A stretch of 63,571 nt of DNA, the filler included, from Octopus bimaculoides (Eukaryota): assembly GCF_001194135.2 (NCBI RefSeq). It is 5 parts of 4 records of this genome, joined end to end, with 100 filler letters (N's around TTAATTAATTAA, not from the genome) between each part and the next. Parts side by side here need not be neighbours in the genome. Positions count along the whole stretch, not along the records: positions 33,225 to 42,162 come from NC_068983.1; positions 42,263 to 58,274 come from NC_068983.1; 3 more parts are not named here. One strand, given 5' to 3'. The notes under the pieces were generated by a model that worked only from the letters and a program-made list of their open reading frames with translations, searched no databases and had not been told where the DNA came from. The position numbers and the translations under genes are program-made. Each line of letters opens with the position of its first letter. Position 1 is the first letter of the stretch. This document shows, in pieces, positions 39,353-51,840 of this stretch.

Positions 39353-41490
39353 ATGCTGTCTCCTCAGTCATGTATGTCAATTGAATTTATATTGCTGGTA
39401 TAATATTATTTAGAATCCCAGGAGGCATAAGTCATTCTCTTAGATGTTTTTTACTTTAATAAGTCATGAAGTTTTCGCTCGATTAAACCTGCCTTCATAT
39501 TTCGGATTCATGAATGACCTCGTTTGTTACTTTCCTAGTCGTTTTAACTGATATAAAAGGAGTTTCAATTACAATCTATAAATTACACAGATTAAGTATA
39601 TATTTGTTAAGGACTAAACTAGTATAGGAAGAAAATACGTCTATATTCCTATGTGAATGTAAACGTATATGAAGAGTAAACGCAGGCAATGACTGTATGA
39701 TTAAAACTTTCGCTTTGTAAAGATAATTCTCTTCTGGCCGGTTACTGTGATCTGCATATATTTTTTGCAACATAGTCATCGAAGGAATGGTAGTTTTTAT
39801 GACCCATTAGTTTTGAAGTATTCCAAGACTGTTGGGAAGAAGTGATATTTGATTGGAATCTTAGTCCAAATGATTTCAAGGGAACAAATTACATCAAAGA
39901 GATCTAAGGACCAAGTAGTGGTGTCAAATAGTACAATGGCTTAAATCTACCATCCGAAATATTCTAATGACTCCCAGCATAAGGGGAATGTTGCTACCAC
40001 ACATCAAAGACTGAATCCTCAAAATATCCATTGTAATGAATGAAAAATAACCACTCGCTGTCAGACAAGAATAAGCGGTTCTCAGAAACGACGCTTTGGT
40101 TTTCTTAATCTTTTCATCTATGGGTCTAATAGTTTCTGCTTTTCTAAGCCATGAACCAGTATAGAAAAATTTATATATCTTAGTTAATGTGGTTGTACAT
40201 ATAATATGCCAAAAAACTGCAGTTTTCATCTTGAATATGCTTCTCGTATAGAGATATAATGTTAAAAAGCGAAGAAGTGTATCACTAGCAGAAGAATAGC
40301 GTCCAGCAACGATGGTGGAATTGCTAAACTATGATGTCTTTGTATCTTTGCATGTCATCATTAGCAAGTATGCTTTACATAACATAATTCTGTTCAATAC
40401 ACACCTAGTGTGTTCTCTCGCCTTTGATGCATCGGTACATCAGTAGAATTTCAACAATTAATTTCATCGACCTCACCAGTTTGGGAATTATGCAAAAGTA
40501 ATGACTGCTGTCCCATTCATCACCAATAGATAACACAATACCCTTTACTTCCCTTTACTTAATATTTGCCACACTTTTCTTCGATAGCTCATCCTTCTAA
40601 TCTACACACATTTTCTAAACAGAAGCTCAATACAGAGCCAGTGTTGTTATTTGTAGTCATAGTAATGTAATGAGAGTGTTGGTAGTGGTGATTGTTATTC
40701 TTGCTGTGTAATCTCAATTCACTTCTGACCCAGTTGACCTTTGAGCACTTAGTCCTTCTTTCTACCAATAAGGATCTACGAATACGTTATCCAGAGTGCC
40801 TCTCAAAGCGACTCCATCTGGGAGCGGTGTAAATACTGATTTTAGTGGTGGTGTTAATGGTGATATGGATGATTATGTCTGCATAGGTGTTGGAGGTCAA
40901 CTCGCCCAGGTATTCCTAGTGATATTTGTGGCATTGTTAGTAGTGCTATTAATGATGGTGGCGATAATATTGTTTGTGATGTAGATGGTGGTGGTAGTGA
41001 TGGTGACTATAGTAGTGGTGTTAATAATCAGTGAAGAGGTTGATTAACAGTACCATGATGGATTGATTCATTACATCCCTTCATTACATGTAAAAGATAT
41101 GTGATGCAAGGATTGCGAGACGACGACGATGTGGACAAAGAGGTTTCGATATCGTTTACGGTGAAAAATTCTAATTTGTCTCATTTTGTAAACTTATTTT
41201 TGAATAGCAGATTGAATGACAAGGGAAGGGTCCTGAAGTTAGTAGTGGAAGCAGGTTTAGGATAAATGGAGGTTGAGACAGAGATGAGAACAGAGTTAAA
41301 GGATATAAAGACTGAGTGACAGGAAAGGAAAGAGTAGAAAATTGGGGAGATAGAAACAGAAGTTCGTAAGCGTGAGAGAAAGGAGGTAACAAGTAGGAGA
41401 GAGGAGCCAAGGGAAAAATAAGGCGATATGAAAAACAAAGAGATGACAAAACAATGTGGATGGATGAAATATAAAAATACAGAGAGAGGG

Positions 41491-41594
41491 AGAAGAAGAA
41501 GAAGAAGAAGAAGAAGAAGAAGAAGAAGAAGAAGAAGAAGAAGAAGAAGAAGAAGAAGAAGAAGAAGAAGAAGAAGAAGAAGAAGAAGAAGAAA
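41491..41594. repeat. (GAA)n trinucleotide tract, ~34 units
   Basis: Read directly. Confidence 0.95.
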
Positions 41595-42039
41595 ACATTA
41601 TATGAGGAATAGAAACAGTAAGATAACAGATGCGGAGGCGTGAGTGCTTCCTAAAAGTGATGTATGAAGCATAAATCTATTTGCATACAAGTTTTAAAAT
41701 GTAAAACAGGGTTAAATCGCTGGAGATAGAGACGGGGATTGGGGCATTTGTGTCTTGTGTGCGAGACAGTGTGATACGGAGGAAGCTGAAGTAATAGAAA
41801 GTGGTATATGATGCTGAAGTGGTATAGGATGCTGCACAATATCATAGCGAAGGAGTCACTATGTCGCCGCTTGACCTACTAGAAACAGAAGTTAAACCTC
41901 CCTGAAATCATCGCCTGCCGTCTCAAAAAGAATATACTGGAAATAAAGGCCTAGATATTCAAACAACTAAGACGATCATGTCTGAAAGACCTTTTAATCA
42001 TGTGTTTGTAGTAACAACAGCAAAAGGACATCATATATA

Positions 42040-42162
42040 AGCTTGTTTCCCAACCACATGGCTCCGCGTTCAGTCCCACTGCATAGTACCTTCGGCAGGT
42101 GTCTTCTACTATAGCCGCGGGCCGAATAAAACCTTGTGAGTGGATTTGGCAGACGGAAACTG
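42040..42162 (+). mobile_element. CORE-SINE head
   Basis: cccaaccacatggctccgcgttcagtcccactgc...gtgagtggatttggcagacggaaactg. Confidence 0.7.
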
Positions 42163-42262
42163 NNNNNNNNNNNNNNNNNNNNNNNNNNNNNNNNNNNNNN
42201 NNNNNNTTAATTAATTAANNNNNNNNNNNNNNNNNNNNNNNNNNNNNNNNNNNNNNNNNNNN

Positions 42263-42658
42263 GATGTATCAATACCAGCAGATGAAAACGTTTCTCTAAA
42301 AGAAATGGAAAAACTTTCAAAATACAAAGACCTGGAAATAGAGATAACTCGAATGTGGAATCTAAAAACAGAGACAATTCCTATCATAGTAGGTGCCTTA
42401 GGTATAATAAAAAAATATTCAGACAAATACATAACAAAAACACCAGGACTTACAAATATATATAACATACAGAAAATTGCACTACTGGGTACTGCACACA
42501 TTCTACGCAAAACACTTTCAATACAGTAAACATAAGAGCACCACAGCAAACCACAGCACATACCCAAGGCGCACAGAGCTGCGCTCGGTAGTGAAGTGAA
42601 AGCACGTTATAAAAATATAAAAATAAAACTACTGAATAATGATAATAATAATAATAAT
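42263..42658 (+). mobile_element. 3' end of an R4/Dong-clade LINE (restriction-like endonuclease domain) with (TAA)n tail
   Basis: DVSIPADENVSLKEMEKLSKYKDLEIEITRMW...PIIVGALG...QKIALLGTAHILRKTL, stop at 42529, short 3' UTR, then (AAT)n. Confidence 0.85.
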
Positions 42659-42954
42659 ATTGGGTTACGGAACTAACCGATCACATGGAGCTCAGTGTTT
42701 CACTGGTACTCAATTTATCAGTCCCGAAACTATAAAAGGCAACAAGCATTGCTACGATCTCTTGTCTCATATAGGCACAATGTCAAATTATATTCACTAC
42801 GCTGAAGAGCAGATACGATGTTTGCGTCAGAGGATACACTTTTGGAATTTAAATCAATACTAAATAATATGAACTGTAACATTCAAGTCACATTGGAATA
42901 TATATATATATAAAAACAGATCTCTCTCCTGGCTCTCATAATAAAAAAAAAAAT

Positions 42955-43830
42955 GTCAATAAACAAATTATAACTGACAGTAATCATAAACCAACGGGCC
43001 CGAAATAATATCTTCTGTTTAGCTCATGCTACCAGAAACACATCAAAAGAAATATCCCCTTTAATTTAGCAAAAAGAATTTGCACAATAGTGTCTGAAAT
43101 ACTGGGGACCTTCAACTTTAAGACCTCAGAACAATATTAACTGAAAGACAATATCCACCCTCATTTATAGTCGATGGAATTAAACGTGCTAAGAAATAAG
43201 ACATTAAAACATTAAGGGCAATAAAACGTAACACCACATCTCATCTCAAACCACTACTGCATATACTAACTCATAACCCTAGAAACAAAGAGGCTTACAA
43301 GACTATTGTACAAAATCTATCTATTCTAACTAGAGATCCAAAAATGAACAACATTCTGAAAACACATGGATTCATCAAATGAAAAAGACAACACAATTCG
43401 CTAAAAAAGCTTCTAACAAATGCAAAGCTTTTGCACAACAAACACGAAGCAAATGGTTAAAAAATATGGACAACCAAAATGTGGAACAACCTACTGGAAG
43501 GCTCGGAATTCTTATTCAGACAAAGACAGAGGTTCACAATTAAACCCAACCCCGCTTGTGCTTCTGAGAATCTAAATAATGTTACAACTTGCTCATGTTG
43601 TAGACATAAATATATAGGACAGAAAAGTACTGAAACGGAGAATCGCACTACATAAGGAACAGATACAGTTCCCGCAATAAAGACAGATGCCTTTGAGTGA
43701 ACAGATAGTGAGATGTGCAGGTAATATCCAACCAAACTTCACAGTGCAAACTACTAGTGCAGAGAAACAATTACTATACAAAAACGTTCAACTACAGAAA
43801 ATTTGTTCATCGAAAAATACAAATATTACG
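42955..43830 (+). mobile_element. Penelope-like element fragment (RT C-terminus plus GIY-YIG)
   Basis: HKPTGPK*YLLFSSCYQKHIKRNIPFNLAKRICTIVS, ERQYPPSFI, CASENL...TCSCCRHKYIGQ...RRIALHKEQI. Confidence 0.75.
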
Positions 43831-43834
43831 TAGA

Positions 43835-43985
43835 AGAATGTCTGTGTGGTTGAGAAGTTTGCTTACTAACCCCATGGTGCACGTTCAGTCCTTCTGTATG
43901 GTACGTTGGGCAAGTGTTTTCTACTATAGCGTAACGTCAACCACAGGCATGTGGCTGGATTTGGTAAGTGAAAACTGCAGCATTG
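43835..43985 (+). mobile_element. CORE-SINE head, degenerate
   Basis: gtgtggttgagaagtttgcttactaacc...gttcagtcc...ttgggcaagtgttttctactatagc. Confidence 0.6.
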
Positions 43986-44589
43986 TTCATCAGAAAATGA
44001 CCAAATAACATTTTTGGAAAGAAGAGTTGTTTGCTTCATACACGTCGTGTGCCGACTCTGCCAGGAAGGAAAGAACAAATAATACAATGTAGCTGTAGGG
44101 CAGAACACTCGGGCAGTGCCAGGGTGTATATATTATATGTATATAGGTATCTGTGGTTGGCGTTGCGCTATAGTAGAAAACATAATAGAAAACATTTGTG
44201 CGTTTATATCTATTTCAAGTTATTGTGTCCCCAATATGTCCCAAAGTCTGAAGTTCATCGAGTAGATATGTATAAAGTAAATGCCAGTTTGAAATATGTA
44301 CGCAGGTCAATATGAGCAATTAAACGTTTGAAAGATTAAACCCAGTAAAATAACATTTAATGACTTAATGGGTTCAAATTTTTGGTAATGGGTTGGTACC
44401 CACAAGATAATGTGTTCGAAACTTCGCATTGAACATCCAATCTATATGATAACACTCAGTGTCCTTGACTTCTAACAATTAATTATTGTAATTTGAAACT
44501 GAATGATTAGTAGTAAGTAAAATGTCCAGATTTGTTTAAAAATTATTGTGCAAAATATTCTGAGACAATGTATTTTCTCATCAAAGCAA

Positions 44590-44678
<89 letters not shown>

Positions 44679-45079
44679 CCACATGTGTCTCTCTGATAAC
44701 TTGAGCTACTACAAATAGTAACCAAATCTCTCTTTCGTCTAAAGAAGCACACGGGTTTGCATTATTTGAAGAAGTAAAAAAATAACTCTGCGATGAGTCT
44801 TTTGTTGCATGAAAATCAACTTTGTACCCAACAAATCACAGACAAACATACTTCAATTTAAAATATTATCTACTAAATAATATGAATAGAGTTGACAGGA
44901 TAACTTCAAAGTCTCATTCCATGGTAGAACTCATTTTATTTTAGATATTTTTTTATTATGCTCTAAGACATAAAGATTATTCAGGCAGAACTGCCTCCCT
45001 TAGCTGAAGACTTCAAAATGTTTAGACTCGACCCCGTTTCCGAGGTTATTTTTATATTAAAATAAGAGTTGCTGCCCTA

Positions 45080-45180
45080 AACCCATATTTTGTATGGTAG
45101 CCGAATTATTACTGAATTTTTTGATACCTCATACGTCAAAATCGGCCAAGTAGTTTTCGAATCCATAAGGAACATACGCC

Positions 45181-45220
<40 letters not shown>

Positions 45221-45250
45221 CGCACACACACACTCTGTTTTATTATATAC
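45080..45250 (+). mobile_element. Possible 3' end of a Helitron-type non-autonomous element carrying (CA)n
   Basis: caaaatcggccaagtagttttcgaatccataaggaacatac(CA)n...ttttattatatac resembles microsatellite-bearing Helitron ends. Confidence 0.35.
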
Positions 45251-45809
45251 GATATATACATATGCATAGATGTGCGGGTTTGTGTCTGTATGGGTGTTGG
45301 TGTGCGCGCGCGCGAGTGCGTACATTTATATAGAGATAAAGATATTATGACTTAGTGAAATACTTTTCTTAACAATGGTGATATGTTATGTGCACGCCGT
45401 TAGCATAAAGCTTGTATATTACGTTGGAAGACACACGCATGTATGTAATATCAGAGGAAATAATTGGATAAATGAACTTAAACTACGAATCATTTACCAC
45501 TTGCATTTAGTAACGATTGATAATTCAGACGTTACAAAAATAACTAATAAGCTTAACACTTTGAATTCCAAAGCAGGTGTGTTTTACTTTCTTCAATGCT
45601 CAAAGTATACTTAATAAAAGTGTTTTCTACGTTGTCATTTTTATATCTGAACTATATTCAACATAGAGTTTTTGAAAGGGGATCTTGCAACTTTCGAAGT
45701 AATGATTAAATAACAGTTTGCATTACGCTTACTTGCATGTAATTACATGACTTGTAACAATATATTGAGTACTTGCAACTTCATCGCAGTATGCTGCCAT
45801 CAGATAGCG

Positions 45810-46000
45810 TGGTGAACTGGTAGGATGGTTAACATGCAGGGCAAAATGCTTAGCGACATTTTGTCAATCTTTACGTTCTGAGTTCAAATTCCGCTGAAGA
45901 TGACACTGCTTTTCCTTTTTCGTGGTCAATAAAATAAACTTTAGTCAAACACGGGATAAATTGTTATCAACGTACCTCTCCCTTCAAAATTACTGTCCAT
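45810..46000 (+). mobile_element. tRNA-derived SINE, second family
   Basis: gggcaaaatgcttagcgacatttt...tacgttctgagttcaaattccgctga. Confidence 0.65.
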
Positions 46001-47342
46001 GTGTCACAATTATTAAACTAATATGATACTAACAGACAAGAAATGAAAATGATCTCTTAAATTGCCCTAGTTAATTAGACCGACTAATTTTCTACTATTA
46101 TCATATATTTTAAAATTCCTTTCCGAAATTAAATTCATTCAAATAGAAAATAACGGCTTTTTTTTTTTTTCGTTTTCAAACTCTTTCATCGCTAGCGTAA
46201 GTTGTGTTGATCATTGCCTCTGCTACTTTGTAATTTTTTAATGATTTTTTAACGGTATGTTTTAGCCATATTCGAAACGAATAATTATAAAATACGGGAT
46301 GTTTTGGCATCTATTTTTAAAAGCTTGTTTATAATACTCTTGGTATATTTTCTCTTTAATTATTATGTGATAATCTTCAATTATGCCCAAATAACAATAA
46401 AAGTGTTTTTTAACAATAATTTTCCAAAATACATGAAATCAATTTTGTAAGGCAACTTCTAATTCTAAACCGCTAACTTCAACTGTTGATAAAAAAAAAT
46501 AGCCGATTTCATATATATATAATAATGAAGTTTTTCCGCAATTCTAAATCATGTAGAATATTGTGCATTAAACTTCTCTACACAAAGAAACATACATTTG
46601 TTAAAAATTAAGCCATACGTCTTCTCATCTTGTTTGCTTTCTCCGTCTCAACTCATCCTTTATTTAACCTATCAAATCTATGATTTTTTAATTCTCCATC
46701 GTTCGTATTACTTCTAGTACAATGCAAACAATTAATTCGGCAAAAATTGACATGCATGTACAGTCTATCATTAAAAGCAGTTTGCTTAGATCATTTCCAA
46801 GTAAATTAGAATAATAATGTTTTTGTATGTATGCATGTACGTATGCCTTCTCTATTTTTTAGTTATTTTAAATCTTCCACATGTACGTATGTGTATGCTT
46901 TGTGTTTTTTTTTCTGTATGCATACTCAGTAGCTGGTTTGCTGCTCTAACCAAATATATTGAAATATTTCCATCAATGCCTTCATATTTGGAAATGATTT
47001 AACTGACGCAGGCTTATGTTATGCGTGCAATGCCTATATATTACGCAACCATGCGAAATATTTGGTTTGACTTACACACACGCACAGCACATACACACAC
47101 GTGCGCGCGCACACACAGGTACACACACTTGTTGTGTCTTGGGAGAGGCATTACGCCAATAATGATATGATACGCGCAGGTTTAATTTCTCTTCTTTATC
47201 ATTAGCCAGTTCGTTAATTATCTAAACAACTAAATAATCGATTGTTTGTCCCTGGAAGTTCTTTCGTTGTTATTTGCAACATTTTCAGTATTCAGTGTCT
47301 CTCTACTGGCTCTCAGGCAGGATTGCAAGCTAAATAAAAAAC

Positions 47343-47394
<52 letters not shown>

Positions 47395-48221
47395 CTATAA
47401 ACATGTACTAATGTTAAAGTTACGCTATTTTAATTGAATTATCTATAACGTCGTTTGGAGAGCGAGAGAAATGCATGTTTTGGAATACACCTTGAATTGT
47501 CCACAACGCGGTTATCTTTATACCTATATTTAAAACATTTAAATGTTACAGGGGAAAAAAGCCAATCCTCTTAAGCTACGTGTTAGATTTTCTATTAAGG
47601 TTTTCCACCCAATTGATCTTTATTATTAGAAGAATACATGAGAAAGCGTTTGCAGTGGGGAACGATTCTGACAGCAAGTAGTATAAATTCTAAATATATT
47701 TCAATCTTATTCTATCTCCTGAGCCTATAGTTTGCCTAATCCTTATATTGGATCTTAAAATAACAGAGTATGAAGAATTTAATCGCAAGTTAAAACAATC
47801 TAATTATGTCATTCTACATACTTCCAAGTTACAGACAAATTAACGTGTCAGAGATAAACACAAAGGTAGGTAGAGTCCTATTTTCAGAAATTGCACAAAT
47901 AAATAGGCAAAAATATTTGATGTCTCAGCATGTTATTTGATACAGAGTCAAAAGACATATTTGATATATATATATATATATANNNNNNNNNNNNNNNNNN
48001 NNNNNNNNNNNNNNNNNNNNNNNNNNNNNNNNNNNNNNNNNNNNNNNNNNNNNNNNNNNNNNNNNNNNNNNNNNNNNNNNNNNNNNNNNNNNNNNNNNNN
48101 NNNNNNNNNNNNNNNNNNNNNNNNNNNNNNNNNNNNNNNNNNNNNNNNNNNNNNNNNNNNNNNNNNNNNNNNNNNNNNNNNNNNNNNNNNNNNNNNNNNN
48201 NNNNNNNNNNNNNNNNNNNNN

Positions 48222-49937
48222 TGTATGTATGTATGTATGTATGTATGTGCGTGTACATGTGTGCGCGTATGCATCTGTGTACATGCGTATGCATGTGTGC
48301 ATGCCTATACACATGTATGTATATATGTATATATGTATGTATGTGAGTATGCGCGTATGTATTTATGGATGTACGTGAGTAATAGGGTAAGTGTGTAGAC
48401 GTGTTTGTGTGTGTGTATGTGTGTGTGTGTGTGTGTGTGTATATGTATGTACATGTGAATGTATGTTTATGTACTGATACGTGCGTCAGTTCAAGTTGTA
48501 TACATGACAGTTACTTTGTTGAAGGTTGTATATACGCACATATATACATATGCATATACACATATGTAAACACACACACATTATTAATTATTATTAATAA
48601 TTATTAATTGTGCAGTATGTTCTACAAACCTACACGTGAACTGCAAAACCAAGAACACTGTATACCAAATTAAGTGCCAAGAAGGAGCTTGCGCGACTAA
48701 CCCAGAGTCATACATTGGTGAAACTTCTAGGAGTATCAATGATTGGTTCAAAGAACACCTGGACAACTACATTGAAAAGAAACCTAACTCCATCTTCTAT
48801 CAGCATGCTGTAGACTTCCACAAGGGCTCCTTAGGGAGTCTTAAATTAAACATCTTGTCCAAACATCCCACTGATGCAATGCTGAGACAGGTCACTGAAG
48901 ATGTCTGTATAGAAGAGTACAAACCCTCTCTCAACCGTAAATCCGAGTGGGGTAACATCCAGATTCCACACGGGAGTACACCTCTATAGTCACCCTTCTT
49001 TCTCTTTTACACGTGGAATTCCTTTCCATACATACATGTTGAGATGCATAATACATACATATATGTTATTATATATAACCGTATGAGCGTATATAGTTTG
49101 ATATGTGTGTGCGTGTGTGTAGATGTACGTGTGTGTGCACATGTATGTATGTGTTGTGCGTTGTGCGTTGTGTATGTGTTGTGACTGTGAGTGTGTGCAT
49201 GCATGGGCGTATGAGTATGTGTAGATATGAGTGTGTGTAGATACATCTATGTGTGGTATGTTTATGGAGAGAAAAAAAAGAAATATTTGAATTTTAACCG
49301 TTATCCTTGTATTAGTGTCATACATATTTGTATATATGTATGTGTGTATGTGTGTGTGTGTATATATATGTATAGGTGTAGTCATGGTTAAGCGTATATA
49401 CGTGTATACTTTAAGACATGTATATTTGTGAGCGTGTGTGAGTGTCAATATGATCGTGTATACTTATTTATATATGTATAAGTAAGGTTATATATGTACA
49501 TATATGTATCTAAGACGTTGTATCAATTCACCGTTAGACGATGGTGAGAGAGGCAAAGGCACACACACAAATATATGTGTGTGCGTGTTTACATATGTGT
49601 ATATGCATATGTATATATGTGCGTATATACAACCTTCAATAAAGTAACTGTCATGTATACAACTTGAACTGACGCACATATCAGTACATAAACATACATT
49701 CACATGTAAATACATATACACACACACACACACACACGCACACACAAAGACGTCTACACACTTACCCTAGTACTCACGTACACCCATAAGTACATACGTG
49801 CATACTCACATACATACATATATACATACATGTGTATAGGCATGCACACATGCATACACATGTACACAGATGCATACGCGCACCCATGTACACGCACATA
49901 CATACATACATACATACATACATACATACATACATAC
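48222..49937. repeat. Inverted repeat: arms ~48222-48580 and ~49577-49937, ~1-kb spacer
   Basis: The arms are near-perfect reverse complements. Opposite-strand ORFs 48401+ and 49488- both read SSSCIHDSYF. Confidence 0.9.
48610..48989 (+). mobile_element. Penelope-like GIY-YIG endonuclease fragment
   Basis: CKTKNTVYQIKC...SYIGETSRSINDWFKEH...YQHAVDFH...RQVTEDVCIEEYKPSLNRKSE. Confidence 0.85.
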
Positions 49938-50769
49938 ACATGTACATATATATCATGAACTAACGATTACTTTCTCAGATGCAGCACAGAATTTTGTCAG
50001 TTAACAGGTCGCGGTCTCAAAGCGACGAAAATATTTTGACAAATTAAATTTAAACGTTGAAGTGAATCTAACGGATTTTGTGTGTTATTTTAAATNNNNN
50101 NNNNNNNNNNNNNNNNNNNNNNNNNNNNNNNNNNNNNNNNNNNNNNNNNNNNNNNNNNNNNNNNNNNNNNNNNNNNNNNNNNNNNNNNATATATATATAT
50201 ATATATAGGGATACCATATAAAAACGAGAAGACATTGTACTTTGTTTCCTGAAATATTTGTAAATGAGAGCCATATTTTACTTTTCTCCGAAACTATACT
50301 GCATATATTCTACTTCATATTCATTTGCTTTTGTCAGTGAATGACTCCCAAATTCAGTATTTCCATTACTAATCAGTAAATACTGCCATGAGAAGCAGAT
50401 GGTTTCAAACAATTTCACTGAGAAATCATTATTCTCTCTCTCTCTCCCTTGTTATTATTTCTTTCTCTCTCTCTCTCTCTGTCTCTCTTTCTCTCTCTCT
50501 CTCACACACACACTCCCATACTCATAATACACATACAAAGATCACATTCAGAAGCAACAACGCAAAGCAAACGTGGGTGCATACACATGCACACACACAG
50601 AAACACACACACAAATGTATATATATATATATATATAAAGATACTGACACGCACCCAACACACAAAGACATATACGCACGCAAGCACGTGCGCACACACG
50701 CATATACACACATATATACATGCGCACATATATACGATCTCCAGAAGCTTTGAATATTTGCAAGTAAAA

Positions 50770-51840
50770 CATTTATTAATTTCGAAGAACAAAACTATAA
50801 TATCCTTTCACTTCAATGCACTTTTGGCGATATACCCACTTCATCAAATCCCATTGAATTTCTCCATAATGGAGGTGACCATAACCCTCGTTACAGCCTT
50901 CTTCATTCTCTGAATGTCTTCAAAGTGACTGTCCCTTAGATTTTCGTTCAATTCGTGGAACAACCAAAAGACAAAGGGAACAATATCAGGACTGTAAGGA
51001 GGTTGAGTTACTGTTTTGATGTCCATCACTATCAAGAACTTGGTTACTAGAATGGGAATGTCAGCTGAACCTTTCCGGTGCAATTGCCAACCACCCGAAT
51101 AGAAGAGTTCTTTCGCAATGACAGTTCATTCTGAAGTCCACTAAGAGCCCCACAAAGTACTCAGGTGACCTTCTGGTCAGACAGAGGTCAGCCAGTGGAT
51201 ATAAATTATGCTCTGGTTTTCGAAAAAGGCACCAATCAGGAACTTCAAGAAGGACTGGGTTTTCTCTGGATTTGGTGTATCTTAGGGATCCAAGCTGCTT
51301 CCATTGGGTACCTTCTCTCTCTCACTCTCTCTTGGTTTTCAAATATAACAGTAGATCCAGCTTTCTTCTCATATCATCAAAAGTTCAAGTACTCTTGGAA
51401 TGGATGTCATTGGTCAGTAATGTCACTTTTCGTCAATGAGCACCCTGGACACAAACTTTGCGCAAATTTTGTGCGTGCTCAAACCTTCATAAATAATTCT
51501 ATGCACAACTTCCACACGAACTCTACCCTGTACGCTTATTGTGTTTAGATGAAGACATGCGATAGTCTTCATGCAGTAAATTGCGAATGTACTGAACCCG
51601 CTCTAATGTTCTGATAACACTCTGCTTCGAACATATGTCATCATCATTCACCTCCTCTTTACCGTCTTTGAAACATTCATGTCACCGCAAAACATGCTGG
51701 ACTCAAGTGAATCCACAAACGTCTCCAATTTTCTGCGGACCCAGTTAGTTCTAGCCATCAAAGTTTAGTAGGTAGTATTCAAAGCGCTATTACACCCGAC
51801 TCATTTTCTGTGGAAAATAAAGTTGACAGGTCTGCTTATT
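50770..51840 (-). mobile_element. Mariner transposase pseudogene (irritans-like)
   Basis: HKICAKFVSRVL, ESWIYCY-like motif, TVTQPPYSPDIVPFVFWLF...ENLRDSHFEDI; heavily frameshifted. Confidence 0.7.

Noticed and set aside
40796-41040. Hydrophobic ORF and G/T-rich stretch as a candidate Shox 5' exon or membrane peptide
   Set aside because: Degenerate (GGT/GAT)n low complexity, stops in the minus frames, and no Shox-like motif.
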